IMG/VR virus record: IMGVR_UViG_3300027751_001020
Span: 26,067 to 90,066 of that record
Source: a virus
Length of the DNA: 64,000 bases
Direction: 5' to 3' (one strand)
Both the position numbers and the translations under genes were made by a program. Shown piece by piece: positions 38,023 to 47,213 of this stretch. Numbering within the stretch: the stretch's first letter is position 1; the number at the start of each line of letters is the position of its first letter. The notes under the pieces are model-generated. The model made no database searches and was not told the DNA's origin. It saw only the letters and a program-made list of their open reading frames with translations.

Positions 38023-38508
38023 ATGGCAGTATTAGATCCAAACGAAATAATGTTCAGAGCATTTGAACCAAAAGTACAAAACAGATTTGTTATGTACATG
38101 GATGGAATTCCTTCCTTCTTGGTTAAAAATGTAAAAGCTCCAACATTTACAGATAACGTAGTTAAATTAGACCATATTAACACATACAGAAAGATTAGAG
38201 GAAAAAGAGAGTGGGAAGATATGACCATGACACTTTACGATCCAATCACTCCATCAGGGGCACAAGCTGTAATGGAATGGGCACGTCTATCTTACGAATC
38301 AGTAACCGGTAGAGCTGGTTATTCAGACTTCTACAAAAAGGACTTAACTTTAAATATTTTAGGGCCTGTTGGAGATATTGTAGGAGAATGGATTATCAAA
38401 GGTGCTTTCTTAACAAATGGAGATTTTGGTCAATTTGACTGGGCTTCAGATGAGGTAGTAGACCTAAACATTACAGTAGCAATGGACTACTGTATCTTAA
38501 ACTACTAA
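38023..38508 (+). CDS. Tail tube protein (T4 gp19-like)
   Basis: FEPK..NRF, W..MTMTLYDP, GDIVGEWIIKGAF motifs; follows the sheath. Confidence 0.93.
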   Translation: MAVLDPNEIMFRAFEPKVQNRFVMYMDGIPSFLVKNVKAPTFTDNVVKLDHINTYRKIRGKREWEDMTMTLYDPITPSGAQAVMEWARLSYESVTGRAGYSDFYKKDLTLNILGPVGDIVGEWIIKGAFLTNGDFGQFDWASDEVVDLNITVAMDYCILNY

Positions 38509-38531
38509 GACAAAACAATATAATTTATAAA

Positions 38532-38555
38532 GACCCGGATTTAGTCCGGGTTTTT
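38532..38555 (+). terminator. Rho-independent terminator
   Basis: ACCCGGA-TTTAG-TCCGGGT followed by a T-run. Confidence 0.9.
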
Positions 38556-38556
38556 G

Positions 38557-38589
38557 TTGTTTATAAAATAAAATGTTCTTATATTTATA
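38557..38589 (+). promoter_or_regulatory. Composite promoter TTG-N20-TATATTTA overlapping TATTTATA
   Basis: Matches both recurrent motifs; precedes the tail chaperone gene. Confidence 0.6.
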
Positions 38590-38619
38590 TCTAGAACTAG
38601 TTACTATTAAATAAAATTT

Positions 38620-39363
38620 ATGGAATCAAAATTTCAATTACCTACCGAAACGGTAGAATTACCATCTAAGGGTTTGCTTTATCCTGAAGATTCTCCATTA
38701 GCTAAAGGTACTATCGAAATGAAGTACATGACTGCTAAAGAGGAAGATATACTTACTAATCAAAATTATATTCAGAAAGGAACAGTAATTGATAAATTAC
38801 TACAATCACTAATTGTAGAAAAAGAAGTTGAATACAATCAACTACTAATTGGTGATAAAAATGCTATAATGGTAGCAGCACGTATTTTATCTTACGGGAA
38901 AGATTACTCTTTTAATTTTAAAGGTGAAGAATTAACTGTAGACTTGACTTCACTAAATCCTAAAGCAGTTGATTATAGCTTGTACGAAAGCCGCAAAAAT
39001 CAATTTACTTTTACTTTACCCACATCAGGTAACGTAGTAACATATAAAATACTTACTCACGAAGATGAAAAAGCTATTGATAGGGAACTACAGGGACTTA
39101 AAAAACTTAATAAAGAGGAGAGTTCTGAAGTAACAACCCGATTAAAACATATGTTACTTTCAGTTAACGGCCTTTCTGATAGAAAAGAAGTTAGAGATTT
39201 CGTTGACGGATACCTTCTTGCTAAAGACGCAAGAGCGTTGAGAGAGGAGTATTCTAAAATAACACCTGATGTAAACTTAGTTTTTCCATATGAAAATGAA
39301 AATGGCGTAGAGGAGGACGTTGACCTTCCAATAGGTCTTAACTTTTTTTGGCCTGACGCCTGA
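38620..39363 (+). CDS. Tail assembly chaperone / baseplate hub assembly protein (T4 gp26-like)
   Basis: VELPSKGLLY..MTAKEEDIL...LLIGDKNAIMVAAR; lies between tube and tape measure; ends in FFWPDA. Confidence 0.8.
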   Translation: MESKFQLPTETVELPSKGLLYPEDSPLAKGTIEMKYMTAKEEDILTNQNYIQKGTVIDKLLQSLIVEKEVEYNQLLIGDKNAIMVAARILSYGKDYSFNFKGEELTVDLTSLNPKAVDYSLYESRKNQFTFTLPTSGNVVTYKILTHEDEKAIDRELQGLKKLNKEESSEVTTRLKHMLLSVNGLSDRKEVRDFVDGYLLAKDARALREEYSKITPDVNLVFPYENENGVEEDVDLPIGLNFFWPDA

Positions 39364-39595
39364 TTATAAACTGTATGTTTACAGCCAAATACATGAAATA
39401 GTTTTTCATGGAAAAGGAGGGTATACTTGGTACGATGTATATAATATGCCAATCTGGCTTAGAAGGTTTACATTCCAAAAAATACAAGAACACTACTCTA
39501 AACAGCAAGAGCAAAAAAACCCAACTCCAAAAACTCAAAAGAAGGTACATCAACCTAATATAGGTCCTTCTTACAGCACAAAGGCTTCTAAATAA
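39344..39595 (+). CDS. Unannotated ATG-less frameshift extension of the chaperone (gpT/gp51-like), 83 codons
   Basis: The +1 frame opens only at 39335 and reads FFGLTPDYKLYVYSQIHEIVFHGKGGYTWYDVYNMPIWLRRF... to TAA 39593-39595; a T7 run lies at 39343-39349. Confidence 0.72.
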   Translation, partial: FFGLTPDYKLYVYSQIHEIVFHGKGGYTWYDVYNMPIWLRRFTFQKIQEHYSKQQEQKNPTPKTQKKVHQPNIGPSYSTKASK

Positions 39596-39607
39596 TTAGA
39601 GGCCTTT
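39580..39607 (+). terminator. Terminator-like hairpin after the frameshift extension
   Basis: AAAGGCTTCTA-AATAAT-TAGAGGCCTTT. Confidence 0.6.
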
Positions 39608-39609
39608 AC

Positions 39610-39617
39610 TATTTATA
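39610..39617 (+). promoter_or_regulatory. Putative late promoter TATTTATA
   Basis: 19 nt before the tape measure ATG. Confidence 0.6.
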
Positions 39618-39636
39618 GTATATAGATTTACCGTTA

Positions 39637-42009
39637 ATGGAAAAACAGAATAAACAATCCGAAGAATTAGGGAGATTAGCAAGCGTAGTCGTTGGGCTAC
39701 AGGAAGCTATACGATCTCTTAATGCATCTATAGCACAGACAAGTAAAGAAGCAGCAGCTGTAACAAATGAAGCAGCATCTGTATTTACATCTCAATCAAG
39801 GGTAGCAGACAGTTTGGCCGGTAAACTACAAGGGTACTCAAAAGAGCAGTTAAAAATAAAAGGAGAGTCAAAAAAATTAGAGAAAGACTTAGTCAAAGCT
39901 GCAAACGAAAGAGTAAAACTACAAAGTAAAATAGTATTCTTTGAGCAGAAACTTGCTACCGCTACAGGAGAGGAATCTAAAATCCTTGCAAAACTAATTA
40001 CACAGTATACAGATAAGGTTAACTTACTAGACGAAGCAACAGAACATGCCGGTGATTTAAAAGATATTCTAGAAGAAATAGATAAAGAAGTACAGTTTTT
40101 CGATGACATGGCTGATCTTGTTAAAGATGTACCTATACTCAGTAAACTTTTTAGTGATTTCGGGAAAGCAGCAAAAGCAGCAAGAGAAGCAGATGGAAAC
40201 CGATTTCTAGCAGGAGCTAAAGTACTAACTGGCTCCATTGCAAAAGCAGGAAGCGCTCTTGGTATGACAATTGCGGTTAAAGGATTAAAACTCACTAACG
40301 ATCAAGTTACCGATCTTTCAAGAAATCTTAATATATCTAGAGATCAAGCAGCAGCACTTAGAGAAGAATTTAGTGCTCCAACATTATTTGCAATTCAGGA
40401 CCTAATAGAAGCTCAAGCAGCTGTTAATAAGGAACTAGGCTCTACAGGAACTATATCAGCAGAATCCGCTGAATCAATGGCGTTAATGGTTAAACGTCTT
40501 GGACTAAGTAATGAACAAGCTGCTAAATTTCAAACACTCTCTGCAACTACTGGAAAAACAGTAAAACAGATAACAGAAGAACTCACCGGTCAAGTCCTTG
40601 GGCTAAATATTGCTAATGACACTGCAGTAGATTATAAGCAAGTGATGAAAGACGTTGCTGACGCATCTGCAGCAACCGTAATCACTACCCAGAAATTTCC
40701 CGGAGGTATAGCCAAAGCCGCTTTCCAAGCTAGAAAATTTGGTCTAACTTTAGCACAACTTGAAAGTTCCGCTGGTGGACTATTAAACTTTGAGTCTTCT
40801 ATAGAAGCAGAATTAGAAGCAGAGTTACTAACTGGTAAGCAATTAAATTTAGAGCGGGCTAGAACAGCAGCCCTAACAGGAAACACAGCTGTTTTAGCAG
40901 AAGAACTTGCAAAAAACTTCGGGTCTTTTGCAGAGTACTCAGAAATGAATGTACTCCAGCAAGAAGCTCTTGCTAAAAGTATGGGTCTTTCACGAGAGGA
41001 AGCATCTAAAATGCTACTTCGTAGAGAAACACTAAAAAGTTTAGATAAAACACTACTACAAGATAGATTTAAAGAACTTTCACTCGCTCAACAAGTTGCA
41101 GTACTAGAAGGTAAAGGGTTAGATAGGGCAGAAGCATTAAAAAAACTAGGTAAAGACGAAATAGATTTTCAAAAATCTAATATGTCTAATGCTGAAGCAA
41201 CAGCAAACCTAACAACGCAGATGCAAGAATCTATGAAAGCTTTTAAAGACCCGCTCAATATAATAGCTAATATAATGTCCTTCTTTGCAGGTCATGCAGG
41301 TACTGCTTTAATAGCTTTAACAAGTTTGGCAGCTCTTAGGTTTGGAAATATATCTAAATTAGGAAGTGTTTTTAAAAGTATTGGAAAAATATTCAGCAAA
41401 GGTGGAGAAAAAGGAGGTTCTAACTTTGCAAAAGCTTCAGCTAAAAATTTACCCGATAAACAAATACTTTCAGATTTTGGAGGAAAAACTGCAATGCAAG
41501 AAGTAAAAGCAGCAGAAAAAGTAGGTGCTAAGGGTATGGGAAAAATGGCTGCCAAATTTACCGGTAAAGGGTTAGTCAAAAGAATACCCATCTTAGGATC
41601 TGTACTTGGAATTGGATTTGCTATTGATCGATTAATAAAAGGAGATCTTACAGGAGCCGGTCTTGAAACATTATCTGCAGCAGCAGGTCTACTCGACTTA
41701 GTAGCACCAGGTCTTGGAACTGTATCTTCACTCGGTATAGACGCTGGTATAGCAGCTCGAGACTTAAGCAATTCCGGTACTATAACTCCTACAGCAAACG
41801 AGGAACCTGAACTGGCAACAGGAGGGATAGTTACCAGCCCTACAAGAGCATTAATAGGAGAAGCAGGCCCAGAAGCTGTGATACCGCTCAATCAACTATA
41901 TGCAAAACTTGACGAATTAATATCAGTTGTTAAATCAGGAGGGCACGTATACATGGATGGAAATAAAGTTGGACATACACTAGCTTTATCAACATATAAA
42001 TCATACTAA
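39637..42009 (+). CDS. Tape measure protein
   Basis: Long Ala/Leu/Lys-rich helical protein; LLNFESSIEAELEAELLTG and C-terminal ATGGIV..LIGEAGPEAVIPL; synteny. Confidence 0.88.
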   Translation: MEKQNKQSEELGRLASVVVGLQEAIRSLNASIAQTSKEAAAVTNEAASVFTSQSRVADSLAGKLQGYSKEQLKIKGESKKLEKDLVKAANERVKLQSKIVFFEQKLATATGEESKILAKLITQYTDKVNLLDEATEHAGDLKDILEEIDKEVQFFDDMADLVKDVPILSKLFSDFGKAAKAAREADGNRFLAGAKVLTGSIAKAGSALGMTIAVKGLKLTNDQVTDLSRNLNISRDQAAALREEFSAPTLFAIQDLIEAQAAVNKELGSTGTISAESAESMALMVKRLGLSNEQAAKFQTLSATTGKTVKQITEELTGQVLGLNIANDTAVDYKQVMKDVADASAATVITTQKFPGGIAKAAFQARKFGLTLAQLESSAGGLLNFESSIEAELEAELLTGKQLNLERARTAALTGNTAVLAEELAKNFGSFAEYSEMNVLQQEALAKSMGLSREEASKMLLRRETLKSLDKTLLQDRFKELSLAQQVAVLEGKGLDRAEALKKLGKDEIDFQKSNMSNAEATANLTTQMQESMKAFKDPLNIIANIMSFFAGHAGTALIALTSLAALRFGNISKLGSVFKSIGKIFSKGGEKGGSNFAKASAKNLPDKQILSDFGGKTAMQEVKAAEKVGAKGMGKMAAKFTGKGLVKRIPILGSVLGIGFAIDRLIKGDLTGAGLETLSAAAGLLDLVAPGLGTVSSLGIDAGIAARDLSNSGTITPTANEEPELATGGIVTSPTRALIGEAGPEAVIPLNQLYAKLDELISVVKSGGHVYMDGNKVGHTLALSTYKSY

Positions 42010-42011
42010 AC

Positions 42012-42019
42012 TATTTATA
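42012..42019 (+). promoter_or_regulatory. Putative late promoter TATTTATA
   Basis: 10 nt before ATG 42030. Confidence 0.5.
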
Positions 42020-42029
42020 CTAAAAAGAT

Positions 42030-42230
42030 ATGGCATTATTAGATAAACTAACACAATCACCCTACGGATTAAAAGGTCAAACACCTTCTAAACTACCTGG
42101 TGCAGATAAAGCTTCGACTTTACACAACACCACCTCTATTAATAACACCCCAGAAGGAGAATATCCAGCGTCTACTTTAGACTTAAACGGGAAGATAGGA
42201 GCAAAGTACGTAGATAACTTACCCAAGTAA
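42030..42230 (+). CDS. Small hypothetical virion protein
   Basis: Own promoter motif; first gene of the baseplate block. Confidence 0.6.
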   Translation: MALLDKLTQSPYGLKGQTPSKLPGADKASTLHNTTSINNTPEGEYPASTLDLNGKIGAKYVDNLPK

Positions 42231-42236
42231 GACTAA

Positions 42237-43646
42237 ATGGCTATTCTAAGAAACTACATAGAGGGTAACTTAACCCAGTTGAATAAACTGAAGTATGGAG
42301 ATACCGCTACCATAGGTACAGAACCTATTGTACAAAAAACCATACCTACAGATATAAGACAGGCTGGACCGTCCTCAAATCAAGCTTCTAAAAGAATAGA
42401 CGATTTAAAACGAATTGGAACTATACTAACCCAGAAACCTGGTCTAAAGTACCTTGCTAACGAAACAGCTTTAAATGCAGCTAAGGTAACACCAAAAAGT
42501 GATCCGAATAAAACAGTAGCAGGAAATATATTAAGCGGTATAGGTGCAAATCTTTTTAACTCTGTTAAAATTATTGGTTCTACCCTAGCTCAAGTTCCTT
42601 TGAATGGAACTGGTACTCATTTTGTCAAAGGTTTTGCAGGTAAAGGGAAAGGTACTTACTTGTACGGTAAAATAGATGTTGCCCCGCACGTTCTAGCAAG
42701 AAATGGCGCTCCAATACTTGCAGACGCAACATGGGCATCCGAAGCACCGGTCGAAGCACCTAGAGAAAGAGAAGTAGATAACACCCCTCAAGTAAGTACA
42801 AAGTTTCTTCCCTCAGACGGTAATGGAGTTCCAAAAGTAAACAATCCGAAAAATGAGGTTAGAAAAGAAAACCGAATTCTACTAGGGGATGTTGCAAGTA
42901 TAAAACGTAATATTTCTGATTCATACGCTACAGGAAACTTTATACAAACTCAAGACAAAATAAATTTACTTGGACCATATAAAGGAGAGAAAAAACCGGC
43001 AAAAGAAGTCAACGATCTAATTAAATTTAGATTTAACGTCATAACTCCTGAAGATAACACATATTTACATTTTAGAGCTTACCTAGATACTTTTTCTGAT
43101 AACTTTACAGGAAATTGGAATTCTTTTAATTATGTTGGAAGAGGTGAAAACTTTCATACATACCAAGGTTTTGATAGACAGATTAGCTTAGGGTTTAAGA
43201 TAGCAGCTCAGACAAGATGGGAAATGCGTCCTCTATACCAGAAAATAGTTACTCTTGCTTCTACTACAGCTCCAACTTATCAAGATGGATTTATGAGAGG
43301 AACTTTAGTTAAACTAACAGTAGGAGACTATTTAAGAGAAGTACCCGGATTTTTATCAAGTGTTAATTATAGTTGGCAGCAAGACTATCAATGGGAAATA
43401 GCATTAAATAATAATGGAGCTGGTAATGGAAATACTGGAGTTGATAATGATCAGCAAGAATTACCTATGGTATTAGACTGCCAGGTAAACTTTACACCAA
43501 TTCATACATTTACCCCTCAAACAGGACTGTATCACTATATTACTACAGATGTTGCACCTGAAACAAATCCTGAAACATTATTCTTTACAAAAAGTCAAAA
43601 TGGTGAACCAGGAACTCCTGTAAGACAGCCCGAAGTAAAAGCATAG
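42237..43646 (+). CDS. Baseplate tube-initiator-like protein (tube-fold C-terminal domain)
   Basis: LIKFRF...FRAYLDTFSDNF...YVGRGE..YQGFDRQISLGF...TVGDYL; synteny. Confidence 0.6.
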   Translation: MAILRNYIEGNLTQLNKLKYGDTATIGTEPIVQKTIPTDIRQAGPSSNQASKRIDDLKRIGTILTQKPGLKYLANETALNAAKVTPKSDPNKTVAGNILSGIGANLFNSVKIIGSTLAQVPLNGTGTHFVKGFAGKGKGTYLYGKIDVAPHVLARNGAPILADATWASEAPVEAPREREVDNTPQVSTKFLPSDGNGVPKVNNPKNEVRKENRILLGDVASIKRNISDSYATGNFIQTQDKINLLGPYKGEKKPAKEVNDLIKFRFNVITPEDNTYLHFRAYLDTFSDNFTGNWNSFNYVGRGENFHTYQGFDRQISLGFKIAAQTRWEMRPLYQKIVTLASTTAPTYQDGFMRGTLVKLTVGDYLREVPGFLSSVNYSWQQDYQWEIALNNNGAGNGNTGVDNDQQELPMVLDCQVNFTPIHTFTPQTGLYHYITTDVAPETNPETLFFTKSQNGEPGTPVRQPEVKA

Positions 43647-43650
43647 TTAT

Positions 43651-43953
43651 ATGAGTAGATATAGAGACATAGACAGCAGCGTAACAGAAGGAGGAACTAG
43701 GTACAGGAGTAACCCTATATACCCTACAGTTCCACCTACAGAAGACGATATTTACATTATAACAACTATAGGAGATAGGTATGATACACTTGCTCTGCAG
43801 TTCTATAAAGACTCATCTCTATGGTGGGTTATAGCATCAGCAAATAATCACCAAAGAGCTTCTTTAGCAGTTACACCGGGTGTTCAATTAAGAATACCAG
43901 CTGATAAGTCAAATGCAATTAAGTTATATAACGAGGTAAACTCAACAAGATAA
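43651..43953 (+). CDS. LysM-like baseplate protein (gp53 / tail protein X-like)
   Basis: GDRYDTLALQFYKDSSLWWVIASAN...PGVQLRIP. Confidence 0.8.
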   Translation: MSRYRDIDSSVTEGGTRYRSNPIYPTVPPTEDDIYIITTIGDRYDTLALQFYKDSSLWWVIASANNHQRASLAVTPGVQLRIPADKSNAIKLYNEVNSTR

Positions 43954-43954
43954 A

Positions 43955-46663
43955 ATGTCATTAGGATATAAACCAAGTTCAATAGTAGGAGGCCCTCTAG
44001 ATGATACTGTAATCGATCAACTTTCAGTAAGAAAAGAGAAAGTATCTAAACAGGCTGGTAGGATAAATGAAGATATTCTATACCTGAATAGCAATACAGG
44101 TTGGGTAAAAATGACTTCTTCTGTAGACGTATTAAGTGAAAATGGTGGATATTCAAATTTACCCTCTAAAAATAGAGTGCTACTAGGAGGAACTTTAGCC
44201 AATAATAGAATACAAGGAGGTATCTTTAATGATAAAGACAATGCTTATAGTAAATCGGATACATTAGGATACAGACCAATGGCCGGTATAACAGGCTTCC
44301 AAGTAGAAGCTAAAAATAACTTCGGTACACTAAGAATAGCCTCAGTAGATTTCAAAGTTAACTCTGTAGAAGAGTTAGATGAGTTAGAGCAGTTATTTTT
44401 AAGACCAGGATTTTCAGTACTACTTGAATGGGGACATTCACTATATTATAATAATGCAGGAGTATTCCAAAATACTATTTTCCCTTTCCCGGATACGTTT
44501 TTTAATTCAATGAAAGGTCAGGATATACATGATCAAATCACTAGAATAAAAGAATACAGTTCCGGTAACTATGACGGTATGTACGGTATTATAAAAAACT
44601 TTGTATGGTCATTTAACTTAGATGGCGGTTATGATTGTAAAGTAGACATAGTATCAAAAGGAGAATTAATTGAATCACTTAGTATGATCATTTCTCCTTC
44701 ATCAAATATAAATTTAGATACTTCTTCTCCATATTTTAATGAAAGTTTAAATACAACACCGTTACATGCTTTTCTTAATACAGTTAAGTATGCGGAAACT
44801 AGAAAATACTTTACTGGCCCTGTAGAAGAAGAAGATCTTAGTACAAATTCTATAACAGATGCACTAGAAAAAAATGTACCTCAATTATACAAAACACTAA
44901 AAACACAAGTAGAAGAAGTAGGAAGGTCTTTCCATGTAATAAGAACACAGCTTGATGGTAATATAGTAAATAACTCCCAACAGTGGACAAGGTATATTAC
45001 ATTAAGCACTTTGATGCAACTTATAAACCAGATCTTTACTTTAAAAAATGAACACGGTGAAATAATTAAATTCCACTTTGGGTCTAAAGGAAATGAAACA
45101 CCTACTTCCTTTTTAACATTTGACGCTCATTTTGGATTAGATCCTCTAATTTGCGTACTACCTAAAACTAGTTCTTCTCTTCTTGCTGAAACTAGAGCAT
45201 TACATTATAAAGTATCAGAACAAGGAAAAATACCTTTTAGTGAAGAGGATTTACTAAATATATATGTAAATATAGATTATATTTTAGGATGTGCAGATCA
45301 AACAATCGCTGCAGAAGATGTAAAAGCAAAAAGTGTCTTTGATTTCTTAAATTCAGTTATAACTGGAATACAGGGTAATTTAGGTGACATAAACGAATTT
45401 CAACTACATTACGAAGAATTTGAATCTACATACTATATTGTAGATAAAAAATTAACACCGGATGAAGGAGTATTAAAAGAATCTTTTGTAGACCTTATTG
45501 GATTAAATTCGACATTAGAAAATTTAACTTTTGCATCTAAACTAAGCAGCTCAGTTACTACTATGATGGCAATAGCTGCTCAAGCAGGAAGTACTAATGT
45601 AGGAACAGATATGCTAGCTATGCAAACTTGGCAGAGAGGTTTGGAAGACAGGCATAATAGACGGAAAAACGTAACTACTAATTCAACTTACGAAAAAGCT
45701 GAAATACCACAAGAAGATATTAAAAGGCTAGGTGAATTTGTTAAAAAATTAAATGGAGCAAATAAGTATTTTATAAAATACAATACTGAAGATATACAGG
45801 GATTAGGACCTACTTTCCGTCTATTAATGGTAAGAATCTTAGAATATTATTCAAAAAAGCAGAAAACTAATCCTGCAGGCCTAATACCTTTTGAGCTTTC
45901 TTTTACAATGAAAGGAATCGGAGGTATGAAAATTGGACAAGCATTCAGAATAGACGATACAATAATACCAAAAAGATATAGAGGTAGTATTGGATTTATG
46001 ATTACCGGAGTATCACATTCAATTAAAAGCAGTAGATGGGTAACCGATATTAAAGCTCAAATGATAATCATAAAGAAACTTGACGAAGAAATACCCACAT
46101 ATGATATACAGAAACCATTAGAACAGGTAGATGACTTTGTATCAGAAGTAGCTGCAATTTCAGCAGGAAAAGGATTTAGAAAGCCTATAGCTGATTTAAA
46201 AGTTTCAAACAGAGGTTTACAAGAAATTAAAAAACACGAAGATCTCAGATTAAATGCATATGTAGATCCAGGCAGCGGATTCAACCCTATTACAATTGGG
46301 TATGGAACAACAAGAATAAAAGGAAAACCCGTCCAGCTTGGAACCACCATTACAGAAGGACAAGCAGAAGAATATTTTAAAGCAGATATAGCAGAATTTG
46401 AAAATCACGTTAAGAGGTATATAAGAGTAGATGTAACTCAAGAGGAATTTGACGCTTTAGTTTCGTTCACCTACAACTTAGGGCCAGGAAATCTAGCAAA
46501 CAGTACCTTACGTAAGAAGATAAACAGTAAAGATTATGTAGCAGCAGCAGATCAATTCTTAGTTTGGAATAAAGCTGCAGGTAAAGTTCTACCCGGTCTT
46601 ACAAAAAGAAGAGCTGCTGAAAAACAAATGTTCTTAACTAACTCACCAGGAAACCCAGCATAA
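43955..46663 (+). CDS. Baseplate hub-like protein fused to a C-terminal GH24 lysozyme
   Basis: N-terminal hub-like region (RPMAGIT...LFLRPGFSVLLEWG); C-terminal HEDLRLNAYVD..ITIGYG, QEEFDALVSFTYNLG, WNKAAGKVLPGLTKRRAAE. Confidence 0.82.
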   Translation: MSLGYKPSSIVGGPLDDTVIDQLSVRKEKVSKQAGRINEDILYLNSNTGWVKMTSSVDVLSENGGYSNLPSKNRVLLGGTLANNRIQGGIFNDKDNAYSKSDTLGYRPMAGITGFQVEAKNNFGTLRIASVDFKVNSVEELDELEQLFLRPGFSVLLEWGHSLYYNNAGVFQNTIFPFPDTFFNSMKGQDIHDQITRIKEYSSGNYDGMYGIIKNFVWSFNLDGGYDCKVDIVSKGELIESLSMIISPSSNINLDTSSPYFNESLNTTPLHAFLNTVKYAETRKYFTGPVEEEDLSTNSITDALEKNVPQLYKTLKTQVEEVGRSFHVIRTQLDGNIVNNSQQWTRYITLSTLMQLINQIFTLKNEHGEIIKFHFGSKGNETPTSFLTFDAHFGLDPLICVLPKTSSSLLAETRALHYKVSEQGKIPFSEEDLLNIYVNIDYILGCADQTIAAEDVKAKSVFDFLNSVITGIQGNLGDINEFQLHYEEFESTYYIVDKKLTPDEGVLKESFVDLIGLNSTLENLTFASKLSSSVTTMMAIAAQAGSTNVGTDMLAMQTWQRGLEDRHNRRKNVTTNSTYEKAEIPQEDIKRLGEFVKKLNGANKYFIKYNTEDIQGLGPTFRLLMVRILEYYSKKQKTNPAGLIPFELSFTMKGIGGMKIGQAFRIDDTIIPKRYRGSIGFMITGVSHSIKSSRWVTDIKAQMIIIKKLDEEIPTYDIQKPLEQVDDFVSEVAAISAGKGFRKPIADLKVSNRGLQEIKKHEDLRLNAYVDPGSGFNPITIGYGTTRIKGKPVQLGTTITEGQAEEYFKADIAEFENHVKRYIRVDVTQEEFDALVSFTYNLGPGNLANSTLRKKINSKDYVAAADQFLVWNKAAGKVLPGLTKRRAAEKQMFLTNSPGNPA

Positions 46664-47175
46664 TGTACCTACCTAAGTCAAAATATAAAGCCGCTAAATA
46701 CACCCGAGGAGAAGAATTTACATTACCTTCCGGTAGACCTTATACCGGATGGTATTTTGAGACATATAAACAGGAATTCTATACAGGTGAATCACCAGGT
46801 ACAGATAACAAACTACTTACACAGTTAAGTAATGGCAGCGTAGAAGAGAATACACTCCGGTTTATTCCACAAAGAGTAGATGAATCAACATTAGATAGAA
46901 CTAAACCTACCTTCAAAAGATACTATATTCAAGATACTAGGAATAAACGTATAATAGAAGTTTTAAAAGAGACGTATTATAAATTTACTTCTAAAACCTA
47001 TATTAAAGGAGTTGAAGTAGAATGGAGAATTAAAGGTCCAGCTGAAACAGCATTTAAAGGTAAATACCTATATGAAGGAGCTGAATCTAAAAATAAAAAA
47101 ACCATAGAAGGATTCGATAATCTACTTCCAGGATTAAAAGACTATATTAAAGACTACAAAGAGTTTGTAGAATAG
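46663..47175 (+). CDS. Hypothetical protein (MYLPKSK family), last gene of the baseplate block
   Basis: TAATG-coupled to the hub gene. Confidence 0.65.
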   Translation: MYLPKSKYKAAKYTRGEEFTLPSGRPYTGWYFETYKQEFYTGESPGTDNKLLTQLSNGSVEENTLRFIPQRVDESTLDRTKPTFKRYYIQDTRNKRIIEVLKETYYKFTSKTYIKGVEVEWRIKGPAETAFKGKYLYEGAESKNKKTIEGFDNLLPGLKDYIKDYKEFVE

Positions 47176-47192
47176 AAAATTCTTCTTATATT
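47165..47192 (+). promoter_or_regulatory. Putative early/host-RNAP promoter TTG-N19-TATATT
   Basis: TTCTTATATT core shared with 38576, 50475 and 62211. Confidence 0.55.
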
Positions 47193-47213
47193 ATATAAAA
47201 GGTTATTTTAAAA

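Noticed and set aside
39311-39316. AGGAGG as an SD-like frameshift stimulator
   Set aside because: It lies 26 nt upstream of the T-run, too far for known stimulators; it encodes Glu-Glu-Asp, and the host probably ignores SD.
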